Below are positions 23,280-25,101 of a stretch of 25,101 bases of DNA, piece by piece (within the stretch, counting starts at the first letter, position 1; every line of letters starts with the position of its first letter). Made by a program: the position numbers and the translations under genes. A model generated the notes under the pieces. That model was given only the letters and a program-made list of their open reading frames with translations. It was not told where the DNA came from and did no database searches. Source of the DNA: a virus (taxonomy: Duplodnaviria; Caudoviricetes); IMG/VR virus record IMGVR_UViG_3300020045_003959, positions 1-25,101 of that record, one strand, 5' to 3'.

Positions 23280-23972
23280 ATGAAACTCTATCTCGACATT
23301 GAAACGCTTCCTTGCTCCGATCCTGAGTTTATCGCCCAGGTAGCGGAAACAATCACCGTGCCGGCGCAGTACAAGAAGCCGGAAAGCATTGCCGAATGGC
23401 TGCGCGAGAACAAAGAACAGGCCATCAAGGATGCGGTTTCGAAAACCTCGTTCGATGGACTGTTCGGGCAGATCGCTTGCATCTGCTATGCATTCGATGA
23501 TGGCGAAATCTTCGCAGCGGACCGCAACTCGTCCGGCGATGAGAAAACCATGATCGAGCATTTCTACACGCATGTGTTTGATATGTCCGGCGTCGACCAC
23601 CACAGCGGAACAGCCTATCAGCCTATTACGGTTGTCGGCCATAACGTCGCCGGATTTGACCTGCCGTTCCTCAAGCATCGCTCAATCATTCACGGCGTTT
23701 TACCAGTTCCAGCAATTCTCAAAGCGATGGGCGCAAAGCCTTGGGAGGCTTGCATTGCAGACACGATGCTGATGTGGTCTAGCGACTCACAGAAGCGCGT
23801 CAGCATGGACAAACTGTGCAAAGCGTTCGGACTGGATGGCAAAGGCGGATTTGATGGCTCGATGGTAGCCGACACGTGGCCGCACGATCCGAAAAAGGTG
23901 ATCGAGTATTGCAAGGAAGACGTTCGCCGTACTCGCTCAATCTTCAAACGCCTGACATGGGATCAATCATGA
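23280..23972 (+). CDS. 3'-5' exonuclease, DEDD/DnaQ-like superfamily
   Basis: ExoI LDIET, ExoII GHNVAGFDLPFL, ExoIII YCKEDV. Confidence 0.85.
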   Translation: MKLYLDIETLPCSDPEFIAQVAETITVPAQYKKPESIAEWLRENKEQAIKDAVSKTSFDGLFGQIACICYAFDDGEIFAADRNSSGDEKTMIEHFYTHVFDMSGVDHHSGTAYQPITVVGHNVAGFDLPFLKHRSIIHGVLPVPAILKAMGAKPWEACIADTMLMWSSDSQKRVSMDKLCKAFGLDGKGGFDGSMVADTWPHDPKKVIEYCKEDVRRTRSIFKRLTWDQS

Positions 23973-25101
23973 ACACCACACAACTCACCGTAGCCGCCCG
24001 CGCCGCCGTCGCGCTGGGATCGTCCAAGGCCGAGGCGGAGCTTACCGCTCTCGCTATTCGATCTATGTCAATCACCGCAGTCACAAGCGCCGATGGCCGC
24101 ACAGAATGCCACGCTGCCGCGATGACTGCCAAGGCTGCGCGTGTTGGTATCGAAAAGGCCGGCAAAGCCGCCAGAGACGACGCCACGCAGTTCAGCAAGG
24201 CGGTAATCGCCGAAGAGAAACGCTTGGTGGATCTGATTGCGCCGGAAGAATGCCGCCTGGTCAATCTCCGCGACACATGGGACTCCAAGATAGCCCGCGA
24301 GAAGGCCGAGAAAGCCGAAGCCGAACGCCTAGCCCTGGCCGCAATCATGCAGCGCATCGCCAACATCAAGAACTTCCCGCTGCTGCTCGAAAACTCATCC
24401 TCCGAATCCGTGCTGGATGACATCGAGAAATTGGAGTCGATGGAGATTGACGACAGTTTCAAGGCGTTCTACGGCGAGGCGGTCGAGGCCAAGGCAAAGA
24501 CGCTGCAAACGATGCGCGACATCTACGCCGCAAAGGTCCGCGCCGAGGCCGAAGCTATTCGAATCAAGGCCGAGCAGGACGAGCAATTCAAGCGCATCCA
24601 GGCCGAGCGGGAAGAACTTGCAAAGCTGCGCGCCGAGAAGGAATTGCGCGAAGCTGAAGAGAAGAAGGAGCGCGATGCGGAGTTCGCCCGTCTGCAGGCT
24701 ATTCGCGACGAGATCGCCGCAACGCAATTGCTGCTGGCCGCCGAGAAAGCCGCCGCCGAGAAGCGCGAAGCCGACCGGATCGCCGACGAGCAAGCCGCTG
24801 CCGAAAAGGCAATTGCAGACGCCGCCATCCAGCGACACGCCGAGGTTATGGCGCGACTCCCGCTATCCGCCGCATGCCTCGCCGAAGTCCTTCCGATTGC
24901 CGACAACGGCCAAATGATGAAGACCGGCGAACTGTGCGAGCGCCTCGGATTTATCGTCAAGGCTGAGTTTCTGGAATCGCTTGGCTTCAAGCCGGCGATG
25001 GTCGACAAGGCCGCGAAGCTCTACAAGGTATCGCAATTCCCGGCCATCTGCGCCGCCATCGTCCGGCATATCGAGGGCGTGGCGATGAAGGAAGCGGCTT
25101 A
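23969..25101 (+). CDS. Long alanine/charged coiled-coil phage protein (about 377 aa; stop codon cut by the window edge)
   Basis: Not in the ORF track; ATGA overlap with the exonuclease; reads MNTTQLTVAARAAVALG...IEKAGKAARDDA...MKEAA followed by TA at the window end. Confidence 0.75.
   Translation, partial: MNTTQLTVAARAAVALGSSKAEAELTALAIRSMSITAVTSADGRTECHAAAMTAKAARVGIEKAGKAARDDATQFSKAVIAEEKRLVDLIAPEECRLVNLRDTWDSKIAREKAEKAEAERLALAAIMQRIANIKNFPLLLENSSSESVLDDIEKLESMEIDDSFKAFYGEAVEAKAKTLQTMRDIYAAKVRAEAEAIRIKAEQDEQFKRIQAEREELAKLRAEKELREAEEKKERDAEFARLQAIRDEIAATQLLLAAEKAAAEKREADRIADEQAAAEKAIADAAIQRHAEVMARLPLSAACLAEVLPIADNGQMMKTGELCERLGFIVKAEFLESLGFKPAMVDKAAKLYKVSQFPAICAAIVRHIEGVAMKEAA

Noticed and set aside
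22611-23678. 355-aa minus-strand ORF, and similar antisense ORFs such as 1801-2406, 9302-9835 and 21599-22267
   Set aside because: They lie antisense to well-supported genes, have no motifs or RBS, and are expected shadows of GC-rich codon usage.

Overview
This window is a ~25 kb segment of a temperate dsDNA phage or prophage with lambdoid early genes and a P22/podovirus-style head module. GC-rich composition and gene families suggest a proteobacterial host (inference only). The minus strand, read from right to left, carries cro, small regulatory ORFs, an N4/N6 methyltransferase, a replication initiator with an internal iteron-like origin, a P-position protein, a second N4/N6 methyltransferase, a C5 methyltransferase, NinB, a DUF968/Ref-like protein, a DUF1064-like nuclease, a TraR/DksA-like zinc finger, TerS, a low-GC insert, TerL, portal, six virion-accessory genes, a putative scaffold and the major capsid protein. 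The plus strand carries a short cI, the PL promoter with a long structured leader containing an aberrant tRNA-like element, and a Sak4-like ATPase / SSB / 3'-5' exonuclease recombination module. Three signals stand out. (1) The C5 methyltransferase appears split over two almost completely overlapping ~900-nt same-strand reading frames, with motif IX in the second frame. (2) A tRNA-shaped RNA has its anticodon arm replaced by a palindromic insert. (3) A 43-bp promoter-like motif is repeated with identical spacing upstream of the portal operon and of the capsid gene, and a twin-hairpin leader precedes the capsid gene. All protein calls come from motif recognition and synteny; no database search was run.
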